A stretch of 56,539 nucleotides of DNA, filler included, from Sluysia triapertura (lineage: Eukaryota), in assembly GCA_046118255.1 (NCBI GenBank). It is 5 parts of 5 records of this genome, joined end to end, with 100 filler letters (N's around TTAATTAATTAA, not from the genome) between each part and the next. Parts side by side here need not be neighbours in the genome. Positions count along the whole stretch, not along the records: positions 1 to 11,156 come from JBJNIA010188144.1; positions 11,257 to 22,422 come from JBJNIA010188022.1; 3 more parts are not named here. One strand, written 5' to 3'. Every line of letters begins with the position of its first letter. Position 1 is the stretch's first letter. This document shows, in pieces, positions 1 to 11,434 of this stretch. A program made the position numbers and the translations under genes. The notes under the pieces were generated by a model that had not been told where the DNA came from, made no database searches, and saw nothing but the letters and a program-made list of their open reading frames with translations.

Positions 1-1075
1 TTATTTCCTTCAGCACTTATCTTTCCTACTTAATTTGATTTAAGTTAGTTATGCGGGATCTATCGCCAATCCCTCTTATTGAATGGTTTTTACAAACAAA
101 GAAAATACTAACAAACTATTATAAATATATTAATTACATATTTTTTAAATGAAAAATAATTGATATGGAAAATGTTTATTATTATTTTATTTCTAATATA
201 ATTAATAATGAAAGTGAAATAGTTCTTACGTTAATAATTTTATGGATATCAAAAGTTGGTTGAAATAAATGTTCTTGTAACATTTTTACGAATCCGGCGC
301 CTTTGCAATTAATCTTTTGTGTGATTTCTAAATTTTCTACGTATTTATACTAAATTTCCAATAAATTTAATCACAGTGTATAGTTATTTCCACAATAATT
401 GTACAAATAAATAAATCATAATGTAGTTATTAAATCGCAATTATACAAACGTTAATAATCATAAATGTTAACAAATAAATACTATTATATCAAAATTGTT
501 AATACATAAATGTAAATAAATATTAATCATTACTATTAACAAAATATTATTCGCTAAATTATTTCGTAGGTTTAACAAACATTATTAATTTTACTAATAC
601 TATAATGTTTCTTATTCAATCTCAATTTAGTATGATTTATTCGATTAAAATGCTTTTTAAATTTTGATTACATATAATTTGTCATGTATATTCTAAATCA
701 TTTTTTTAGATAATTTTGATCGGATTTTATGTTCATAAAATTTCATTTCATATTACTGTTATTGAATGTTAATTTAAGATAATTTATTGACTACAATAAT
801 ATGGTTTGATGTTTAGATATTTTAATTTCATATTGTCTTCATAGAATCTCACTTTAAATTGGTTATTTATGAATTTTAATGGCTATTTGTTATTAAATTT
901 TGAATTCATATTAACTATATGTAACCTCATTTTAAATTGATACTAAAGCATTATAATCTTAATGAGTGTATTTTATAAATTATAAAACTCACTATTAAAG
1001 TCAGTTTATAAATTATTTTATTAAAACTGAGTTTAATTAAAATGAAGAATGGGCATTATGTCTACATATTACGTT

Positions 1076-1620
1076 TGTGGTGACCAACCTATTATTTTTA
1101 ACAAATTTTATTAAAATTTATTTTCAATACAATAAAACCACATTCACTTTCAAAATATACTATGTACATTTTAAAACTCTTTAAAAACATTTTTTCACAT
1201 AGCTCCATATCAATATAATCCAGATCATATTTTTCAACATCGCACAATTACCTTTTAGAATGTACCAAAATCTAGACTATAATTTATTTTCTTTACATCC
1301 ACTAAACCACCCTCTTTTCAATGCATTTTAAATCACAATCTTCTAACATCCAAACATTACTTTCAGTCAAAACATCAATGTATATTTAAAAATCCACATA
1401 AAACATTTATATTATTTCAAAACACTTAAGTCATTAGTTCTCAACACTCAAACTTATCTTCAGATAAAAACATTAAATAGCATTTAAAATTTCACTTAAA
1501 ACATTTTACGAACTATTTAATAACATTAGAATCACAATTACATCTTTAAATTTTATCGAAAATGTTTAACCGGAATTTAAAACACTATAAGTCCACAACC
1601 TCAACATTTAGCCTTTTAGT
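1076..1620 (+). mobile_element. LTR-like dispersed repeat, family A (long type)
   Basis: Starts TGTGGTGACCAACCT. The C/A-rich body (e.g. ctaacatccaaac, catcaatgtatatttaaaa) matches the reverse complement of ~40260-40720. 3' end approximate. Confidence 0.6.
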
Positions 1621-1718
1621 CTTTCAAAGATGATAGAGACCTTTAAATAATATGTTAAGATAATTTCAAATGTCTAGAAATAAAAAGAAATTTATGTATT
1701 TCATAATAAGAATAAGAA

Positions 1719-1751
<33 letters not shown>

Positions 1752-2273
1752 CATCAGTTTTAATTTTTCAATTTTATAAATAATTATCATTTTTATTAGT
1801 ACATAATTAATTTTGCACTCAACACATTATTGTAACTGCCACTGGTTGACAGTTAATTAAACAAATAGGTATCAATATTACCTACTGTCAACCACTGACA
1901 ACTGTTTATTGATAGTGTCTTACTTATTTAATGTCTGTATTTATTGTTTGTACTGTATTTGGGTGAGTGCCCAATTGGAACTATGTACAACAGCAACTGT
2001 AAGCGTCTTGACTGGGTAGCCACTTAGATACAGAACAAAAATATCATTACGAAATTTTATGGTATATGATTTATTTTAATAACTCACTACTACTGTATAC
2101 GATTACCATAACTACTTTACTAATTCTACTTTCTTTTTATTTCAATTTATTTTGATTGGATTGAATCTAAATTCGAATATCTCCTAATAATTTAACTGTA
2201 TACGGCAGATGACATATAAAGTTTATTTTTGAAATAGTTAACTGGAATAATCTAAATAAAATACATTACGAAT

Positions 2274-2735
2274 ATGAACGAGAACATTATGATGGCATCA
2301 TTATCACCACAACAACCATCATCATCCAAATCAACATAGTCATTATTCTACATAGCCTTCAAGTGCTGCCTAATGACCAGTGATTTACTTTTTCCGACTG
2401 GATTTCATATTACTTCACATAACTAAGTTGAGCCTCATCATCAAATCAATCAAACACCGACCAATAATCATATAGATACTCCTATTCATTCGACAAACCA
2501 TCCGTTATCTATGTTTCCTCGAATTGCCAGTCCTCTTAGTCATCACTCAAGTCCATTATTTGATACTAGTTTAGATCGATTAAATGTATCAAATCGTTAT
2601 TCACAAAATCGTAATTCAGATATGTCACTACAATTAACAAATAATGAAAATCCATACAATTTATCATTAATTGATGATTTTAATCCTACAAATTCCATCA
2701 ACGTCTCATCAGTCTTTTATGGGTACTCAATTTAG
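2274..2735 (+). pseudogene. Decayed Ser/Pro/His-rich orphan ORF
   Basis: Low-complexity coding-like composition with internal stops; includes track ORF 2511..2735. Confidence 0.3.
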
Positions 2736-2989
2736 CTTCTGATTATTTAATGTCAGCAGTTGCTTCTAATAATATTAGATTAAATCGATGATTCATATTT
2801 AACTTACGTCGATAATTATCTAAAGGATAAAGAATTAATGTTTGAGTTTGCCATACAAGGAACGCGTACATGCAAGAGAAAGCATGTAAAATAAAAAGAA
2901 ATAACATATTTTATTGAAAGAAGTATTAATTCACATGATAATTTTAGTTTCTTTAACGTGAAATTAAAATAATCCATGCTCCTGAACAA

Positions 2990-3571
2990 ATGTATTTGCA
3001 CCAAATGTTAATGATCAAAAATTTCGATTATTTACCATCAGTAACGTACAACAATTTCGACATTTCTGTCTACATCATAAAGACATTGGAAAGATGTATC
3101 GAATTTATAGTAAACATCGGTACTGTTAGAACGAACAATTTAGTAAAGCTGTCAACACCATTCACAAGAGTAATGAAATTCCAAACGTATAAAGTTGTTC
3201 GAGCAAATAATGATCATTCTTTTTAATTTAAAACCGCTATTTGCCCTCATATCACAATACTGAATGCGGAATGTTCCAGATATGGTAAACAATGTATGCA
3301 TGCACATAATGTTGTCGAATTAAAAGACAATTTTAGCTTCGACTCAAATTCATTCGGATATCTTAGTAGAATTCATAAACTTATAAGTGAATTGACTTCA
3401 AATCCAATTCATCACAAAAACGATCGTGATATTAAAGTAATTAACGTTTGCTTATTTTATAAAACTATGATTTTCAAATTCCTTTATTTATCTTATTTTA
3501 AATCATATAGGATAGTAAGGTGCATTCGGAAGACAATAATCTTTTTAAATTTAGATCTAAATGTTGTTTAA
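2990..3571 (+). pseudogene. Orphan ORF interrupted by one in-frame stop; paralog of 38739..39275
   Basis: Track ORFs 2990..3226 and 3296..3571 are in one frame, joined by FKTAICPHITILNAECSRYGKQC. This matches YKIGLRLYITTQSGECSKYGKNC of the 178-aa ORF. Confidence 0.65.
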
Positions 3572-4299
3572 ATGTTGTTCTTAATTTTTTAAAATAAAAA
3601 TTTATATAAATTTTAATTACAAAGTATTCATAAATTGCACATTATTTTTAAAGTAAAAATAATTAATTTCATTAACGTAATCGTTAAGTATTATTTAAAT
3701 TTAAATAATTTAGCATTTTCACAACGTTACATTTTACAAAAATATGTTTATGCGGGAAAAAAAATTATGACACTGCAGTACAAGAATGTTATAAATGTAA
3801 TATGGAATTGGCAACAGTGAGGAATGACGCAGAAAACGTTAATCAATTTATTATTTTATTTTATTTATATATGATGGAAAACGTCATTTTGATATTTTCT
3901 TTGTTAGCATGAATTGAGTTTTCTTAAACAAATATTTTTACATATTACATTTAATTCATAAATTGTGTTACTTTAAAATTTATAAAATTAACTAACATTA
4001 TTTTTATTTAATAGTTGCGCATGATTTAAAATATAAATGTTGCTATAAAACTGTGTTATTCATAAAGCAATTAATGTTATTTTTAGATTATTTATTTTAG
4101 TTGGTTAATTATTATGTATCTTCTAAATAAAGTATTTGATCACAAAAGGTGAAATTTATAATTAATAATATATCCAACGTTAACTGCTTATTATTTCACA
4201 TTGGCTTAATATTTTACTGTTCTCCTTTTTTGTTGGAAAGTTACATATCTTGTCTGTTTAAAGAAAAGTTTGTAAGCTACAAAAAGTATTAAAACTTTT

Positions 4300-5020
4300 A
4301 AGATAAATTAATTTTGTTGAAAATTACGGTCAGAAGTTCGCACAATAATTCGATCCTTGGCATCGCAAAACGCTCGAAACATTAATAGTGTATTTATCTT
4401 TAGTGTTACTATGCAACAGACAGTGTCATTCCACAAATGATGATGACAAATTAAAGTTACCATTGAGTCTGGCCCATTGCAGAGTACTTATGAAGAATTA
4501 TCGTTGAAGTTTGGTGTTAGCAAATACGCAATATTAATTCACTTAAAACAAATACGTAAAGTGAAAAAGAAGTTGGGTAAGTGGTTCCATATGAACTAAA
4601 TGAAAACGGAAACTAAAGTTGATCCATTTTTGTAGCGAATTATGACTTTCGATGAGAAATGGATTCAGTGTGATACATTCAAACATTCAACAAAGTTGTT
4701 GGACAGGGATGATGAAAAACTTAAAGTAAAACAAATTGACTCCTGTCTTATTTCATGATAACGCTGGACCACACAATGCATAAATGATTGGATTGTGGCG
4801 AAACTAGAAGAACTTGAGTTGGAACTTCTTCTTCATCCTCCATACTAACTAAACATAGCCACTTCTGACTAACATGTTTTCGTCATGTGAACAGTTTTTC
4901 AATAGGAAAACAATTTAATTTAAAACTGGCTTCCAGGAATTCATTGATTTTGTCATCCATGATTTTATATCACATGCCTCAGAAACCTACAGACAATATG
5001 GATGTATAATTTGATGAATA
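4300..5020 (+). pseudogene. Mariner (DD34D) transposase relic
   Basis: Ordered motifs WVPYEL-like (~4581), TFDEKW (~4645), HDNAGPH (~4754) and HPPY..IATSD.HVF (~4834), with stops and frameshifts. Confidence 0.92.
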
Positions 5021-5899
5021 ATAAATCCTTATATTTGTACGTTAACATCCAACTTTGCCCTTTTACTACAAATTTCAATTATGGATCACTGCCTATACAC
5101 ATTTAATTAATATTGAAATATTATCAAATAAACATAATTTCTATCATATACTTTCACAAATCCTGTGAATTATCCTTATCATTGGACCACATCTAAAAAC
5201 AACATTTCGGTGAGAAACCAAAATTTTAATAAAGAAATAACTCTGCATAAAAACTCTAATTATGCCACATAAATACAATCTACTTGATTTTGTGAGTTAT
5301 GCGGTTATTTAATATTAATACGTATTTAATATAAATTACTGCTGTAATTCAATTTAATATTAAAATACAAATCATGAAATAAAGACTCCATTTGATGTAT
5401 TCATAAAAACTTAACTAAAATACAATTAAAAACACGTTCACGATAACAGAAAAATCAATGTCGCAACAAGTGTTGCATACAGTCACTAACAAAAGTTATT
5501 TTCGCCTTGCACATCTTAATTCGTTTTAACAAACAATGGAATCTGCAGTATTGATAATTCCATATTCATCAAAGTGACAAACAATTTGGTAAGGTCTAAT
5601 CTTTCTGTATTAGTAAAAAATCAGACGTTTTTATCGAAATAAGTACTTAATCTCGAGATGTTGTTAATATTGACGTCATTTGATATTGACTTATTGTTGT
5701 TATTAGCGTGAGAATGCATTATGAAGAAAAGAATTAGGCGGTAATAAAAAGTGAGTTTAGAAGACAGTTAGATAGGATGTTAAGAAGAAGTAAAAATAAC
5801 TAAGAGAAAGGGTTATAAAAAAATTAGTAAAATTCTAGATGTTTAATAGAAATTACATTTCGTTTTATTTGTTGGATTTTAAAACGAAAATTTAGTAAA

Positions 5900-6830
5900 T
5901 TTTGATATAATGAGTGATTTGTATATGTTGTGCAGATGTGCATATTGGTGTGCGGTGGAATATTGAAATTTTGTGTAACTTGCTGACCACCACAATTTAA
6001 TGGTTTTATTATTAATCTAAGAAACAATACTACAAGAAACAAGAATCAATTCTTGTCGCGGTACAACCACTTATAGAACATCCATTATCTTTGTATGCGA
6101 CTTTGAGACAAATGGTACTGATGTTATTACTTTTTATTTTCTTTACATCTGTATTTCAATCAAAAACGGAACGTTAGATAATTTCAATTTCTTTAAAAAA
6201 CAAGAATTGTTTTATTAAATACTTCATCACGACAACTAAACATATGGCACAGCAAGACACAAACAGCAAATAAAAAACGTGCAATAGGCAGAACTTCTTT
6301 AGTTAAATTTACTTTAGATTTCCATAAATTTTGATCTTGAATCAGTAAATATTTACTTATTTTGTCGCGTTCTGCTTCATGCCATTCTGCATGTAACATC
6401 GATTCACCACTACGAAAATAAAAGCAATCCCAAACATACTTGCTTACATTTAGCAAGATAATTATCCACAAGTGATTGAATGTACTGAAACAATTACAAT
6501 AAAGTGGTTATTTCATCGAATTTCCAACGAAGTAGTTTTAAAATCAAACAATTTCGTTTCATATTCATTCTCAATTCATGTAAGGTATTATGAATCCAGC
6601 ATTGAAATAAACTTCTACTAAAATGTTTCACATGTGACGTTAATTCATGTAATGTATTAAAATGACCATCATCATATTCTTAACATTGAAATAAATTTTG
6701 ACTGAAATGTTTCAAAACATTCGTCTTACATGGCTTTGATTTTGCACAATATTATCACAATAATTACGAAACAAATTTTATTTTCACCAGTTGTCGAACT
6801 CCTGGATGGCAACTTCTTGTAAACGGAGAA
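5900..6830 (-). pseudogene. Decayed intronless orphan ORF region
   Basis: Coding-like composition including ORF 6193..6471; internal ~70-nt tandem duplication at ~6572-6720. Confidence 0.3.
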
Positions 6831-7967
6831 TTGATGTTAGTTTGTCATTACAACCCTTAAAACTCTTTAAAAATACAAAAATAATGTTAATTTTTCCAAA
6901 AAAGCAATTTTTTTCTAAAACATACTAGAATTCTATTTGATTCTTAGTGGCTGCTGGATAATATATATAGCTGAAGCCGAATAACAATGCTCACAAAATT
7001 ATCCGTTAAAAATCTTTATTCAGGAGAATCAATTTTAGTGACAAAGGACAATATCTTGCTACCAGTTTTAAACACGGTTGATTAAATTAATTAAATTACG
7101 ATTTTTAATTCCATATTATTTTAAAATCGATAATCTTTATTATTCAATTATTCAATCGAAAAACTTTTTAATTAAATTTTAATCCCCTATTTACTGAAGA
7201 GTAAAATCATTTCTCAAATAATTTATAAAAATTAAAGACCTTAACAAGGTTTTAATTTTAAATTGTTGCATTGTTATTTCTTTTACTCTAACTGCTGCTT
7301 TATTATTAAGAACAATTTGTAACAAATTAAATAACTATAAATACTTAATAAAAGTTTAATTACATAAACATTTGTGTTTTGTTATTCGATTATTTGTAGA
7401 TCAGTTAGATAATTTATAATCAATTCTTCAAAATATCGAAGTTGTGAAACACTGTAATTACAATAATATTTATATTAAAAATGTATTGTTTGAATTTTCT
7501 GAGAAATACGATAATTATTTTAATTTTCCGACTTTAATATTATTAAATAAAGTTTCAATAAATTCTGCTATCACAAGATCAAATATAAATTATCTTAAAT
7601 CTTATAAATTTTAATCTGATGTTTTTCAATCAAAATATTATTTTTCGTATTAAAATTAATAATAAGAAATATACTTTAATAACCACAAAATAAAATAAAA
7701 ATTGTTATTAGTTTACACTAAATTAACAATAATTCCACTAAATTAACTACGAATAACTAAATACAAAAGTCACAGTATTCTTATAATAATATTAATACAA
7801 TTATTTAATCAATAAACCAGGGTTGACACAACTATCACTTGCTAAAAATCTTAAATATATTTTTATATTTTATATATTTATATTTAATTTATTTGAATAT
7901 TGCAAATGAAAATAAAAATAAAAGGGAATCCGTAAAATATGTATTACAGTCTCAGCAACAGCTTAGG

Positions 7968-8500
7968 TTAATTAAGATTTTAATTAATTAATTATTTATT
8001 TTAACTTAATTTTATTTACGTTTAAAGGTTTTCCATAGTTGTAAAGATGTTAAATATTTTATAAGATGCTGAGGGGCTCTAAATGTTTTCAGCTTCACCA
8101 CTCTGATTCCTTTTCTAAATTTTTTTGTCAATATATAATTTATCAAGTTTATCCCTAATATTATTAACCATGATTTTAGTTCTTGAACATTTTGAAATTC
8201 CAAACATTTTACAAAGTTACTCAAAGGTCTCGAAAGTTTATTAAGGTCTCGAAGATCTTCAAAGTTTCAAATGATCCTAAAGTTCAGAAGGCAAAGGTAT
8301 CATTATACTTCAAAACATCTTTCCAAACCCTCTTAGGCCTTCGTAAGGGCCTTAATAATCTGTAAAGGTCTTTGGAACTCCAAGGTATTCTCCGGTTTCA
8401 AAATAACTATAAATATTTTCTTCTTCATTATTCTTGATCTAGCAGTATTTATTTATGATGTTATATTTCATATATTTTATATCACGTTTTCCTATATATT
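7968..8500 (+). repeat. Dispersed repeat family B
   Basis: ttaattaagattttaattaa...ccactctgattccttt matches 15400-15540; the 8205-8410 segment matches the reverse complement of 41390-41600. Confidence 0.75.
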
Positions 8501-8829
8501 TTAAATTCTCTAACCATTTAACCTAGTTTCGATTCACTAAATGAGCAATCCTAACATTAAGACCTACTTACTTTCTAGCAAATAAGATATATACAATACG
8601 TTTAAAAGTAAGAAATTCGAGAATTACATTTATTTATTTGTTATACTTACGGATAGGCCCACTTTACGTCATAAGCCATACACTGTAATCGAATAAAATC
8701 TTTAATAATCGTGATAAGGCAAATAGTATAGTTGATTTGTCACAGTGTTGAGATTGCCTAGTTGTGGATCAGGATATGAGTAAAAGGCATAAAATGAAGA
8801 ATTCATACAAAGTGATAGATTGAACATTA

Positions 8830-9700
8830 TAAACATTATTGGAATAAGAATGATGAAAATGAAAATATGTATAACAATGTTGAATACTTAAGAATATTTT
8901 GAGACCATATGAAAGCTTGAGATAGACTTGGAAAACGTTTAATAGCATTATGGTACCTTTGAATTTCTGAAACCTTATTTAGCTTTAAGAATTTTTGAGA
9001 CTTCTTATTAACATTTAAGAATTTAAGACCTTTGAGAAACCTTTTAAAGTAGTTAAAATCTTTAAAATATTTGAGAAATAAAATCATTGTTACTAATATT
9101 AAAGATAAGTAATTAACATACAGAAATAGAAAAAGGAATCAGAGAGATGAATATGAAATCATCTAGAACCTGCAGAGTACCTTATAAAGTATTAAATAAT
9201 ATTAGAACCTTAATAAAACCTTTAAACATAAAAATAGATTAGTTAATTAAAATCTTAATTAACTTAATTAAGAAAAAGTACGTTTCTGTGCATAAAGTTT
9301 GAATGCCGAATGCTATGTTTAATTTAAAACTATGTGTTTATTTTGAAAAGACCTTTGGATGGAGGTATGGCATGGCCGAGTCTTAATATTGAGTAAAGTC
9401 AAATTTTAATTAATTCTTATTTATGGATTTTTAATTTCTTATACTTAGAATGAATTGAATATGAGATTATTGCTATTAAAGAGGAGATTCTAGAATCAAG
9501 TTTGAATTTTGTTTGAGAATAAGAAAATATGGTGTGAAATCCTAAAATCAATTAAATTCTAAAAAATAAAATTAAATTCATTATTGTATTGCATGTTAAT
9601 AATATTGGTGATTGTTATTTTGATGTGAGAAGTAATTTAAGTAAAAAGAGATCGAGTAAAGTAGAAAAAAACAATAGATGATAATAAATCAATGTCTTAT
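8830..9700 (-). repeat. Dispersed repeat family B, inverted copy
   Basis: aaaggaatcagag...ttaattaaaatcttaattaac is the reverse complement of the 7968 and 15400 segments; 9270-9700 matches the reverse complement of 14940-15400. Confidence 0.75.
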
Positions 9701-10705
9701 GTTCTGTATCTGGTAAAATTTCACAAATCGTACCATGTAACTGTCAAAGTCATTACTGTTGGTTTGATTCTAAAAGAATGTTCTGATAATTTGTGTGAGA
9801 TAATGTTAGATAGTGAAACTCAGGAATGGTTGGATTAAGAGAATGTATGTAAGGACATAGGAATTTTGAGTCAGAAGAAAATAATTCGATGATAAATGAA
9901 CTGAGTAATACTTTTATTTTTTATTGGGTAAAAATTTTAATTTTCATTTTCATTTTTGATTAAGTTAATTTATACTTTTTGAGCCTATATAAATTTTATT
10001 ATATCTTCGAGGGATTATATCATTTTGGAAATAATATTGATAATATTGATAAATTTTTAAGGGATTACCTCGTTATAATAATTTGAATTTTTGATTATTT
10101 AGGAGACTTTAGGTTACTTTAGAAGAGAAATTAAATAAACAAATAAATCAATAATTATAATAAGTGATATTTTTGCCAGTTGTGTCACCATTGCTTTTTC
10201 GACTGAAATATTGCATTCTTAATGTTATAAAATTATTGATAACTTTGAGATTTAGTCATTTTTAGTTAATTTATTTGTAACATTTTCAAAGTGGAAAGTG
10301 TTATATATTTTGTGTTATAAAGTTAGTGATTACAAAAAATTAAGAGGTGGAGTATGCTTTATTAAGGCAATACCGAAAACTCCAAGTTGAAAAATACTCA
10401 GAAAAGTAATTAAAGAAAAATATGCAGAAGAATGTAAAAATTCAAAATGGATTTAATGTCTTTACAATTATTAGAACGCAAGAAATTAATTTTATAACAT
10501 GTTTTACAAAAAAATCTATTAAGACCATATTATCCATGCTCATTACAGTTTTATTAAAATACTTAAATAAAAAATTAGTAACACAAGGAAACTTTACATT
10601 TATTGAAATTAAAAACGTAGCATCATATTGTAAACATAAAACATAACCAAAGATTGTACATTTTGGCAATCTTGGTGCACTCCCTCTGGCATCGATAAAA
10701 TCTCA

Positions 10706-11020
10706 TGTTGTGGCCAACATTTTCGTACAAAATTTTATTACATCGCATTCCACTAAAAATCACAAAGCATTCATTATATCAAAAATCACTAAAATTGTAT
10801 TTAAAATCTAAAAATAACAATGGAATTTCTTTTAACACATTTAACTTTGTTAATACTCTTTTACGACACTCCTTCATATTTTTTTATTTTTTATTTTTAT
10901 CCTTCTTTCTCTTCCTTCAATGACTACCGTTACTTTAAATAACAATTCTAATTTACCCACTTTCATCCAGTTGTCGTCTCAAATAATTCGCACACAACCA
11001 GAGAAGTTACTAGCCTCACA
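10706..11020 (+). mobile_element. Short LTR-like element, family A (TGT...ACA)
   Basis: Starts TGTTGTGGCCAAC and ends CCTCACA; internal aatggaatttcttttaacac...atactctttt matches the reverse complement of 47745-47810. Confidence 0.6.
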
Positions 11021-11084
11021 TGACGGACCCCATCTAGCTCCAGAAGATTTGAAACAAACAATTAAGATGCTAAAATATTTAAAG

Positions 11085-11156
11085 CAGTGGTGTCAAACCT
11101 TTTTGCTTTACGGGCCACTTGATACAACGGAAATCTAACGGAGGGCCGCTATGGCA
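11085..11156 (+). mobile_element. hAT-type DNA transposon terminus (contig edge)
   Basis: CAGTGGTGTCAAACCTTTTT followed by GGGCC subterminal motifs, typical of hAT/MITE ends. Confidence 0.6.
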
Positions 11157-11256
11157 NNNNNNNNNNNNNNNNNNNNNNNNNNNNNNNNNNNNNNNNNNNN
11201 TTAATTAATTAANNNNNNNNNNNNNNNNNNNNNNNNNNNNNNNNNNNNNNNNNNNN
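11157..11256. other. Artificial contig linker (N44-TTAATTAATTAA-N44)
   Basis: Exactly 100 nt with a six-frame-stop core; identical at four places. Confidence 0.98.
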
Positions 11257-11434
11257 AAGGGAATTTAAGAATCGATGATATTTTGTTGTGCCATGAGTGA
11301 TAATTATTTCGAGAATGAGAACTGCAAACGTGAGTTGGATTATGCATTAAAATACAAACAGAAAGACGATCTTGTAATAGTAAAAGTGAGAAAAATTGTA
11401 ACATAAAAAACAATATGATACTAACATAAGAAAT
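11257..11434 (+). pseudogene. Additional partial TIR repeat with a nonsense codon and a frameshift
   Basis: Reads KGI*ESMIFCCAMSDNYFENENCKRELDYALKYKQKDDLVIVKV, nearly identical to the downstream repeats. Confidence 0.85.

Noticed and set aside
1076-1090. TGGTGACC as a tRNA-Trp primer-binding site
   Set aside because: Only 8 nt match and other copies vary at these positions; it fits an LTR 5' end better
8012-9087. Lys/Phe-rich ORFs 8012..8224, 8183..8365, 8836..9087 (also 13660..14013, 40797..41000, 53496..53696)
   Set aside because: They fall inside non-coding AT-rich repeat families and their frames are not conserved between copies
11201-11212. TTAATTAATTAA as a biological palindrome or repeat
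   Set aside because: Synthetic six-frame stop spacer inside N runs
11201-11413. 70-aa minus-strand ORF
   Set aside because: Runs into the N linker and is the antisense shadow of the TIR repeat
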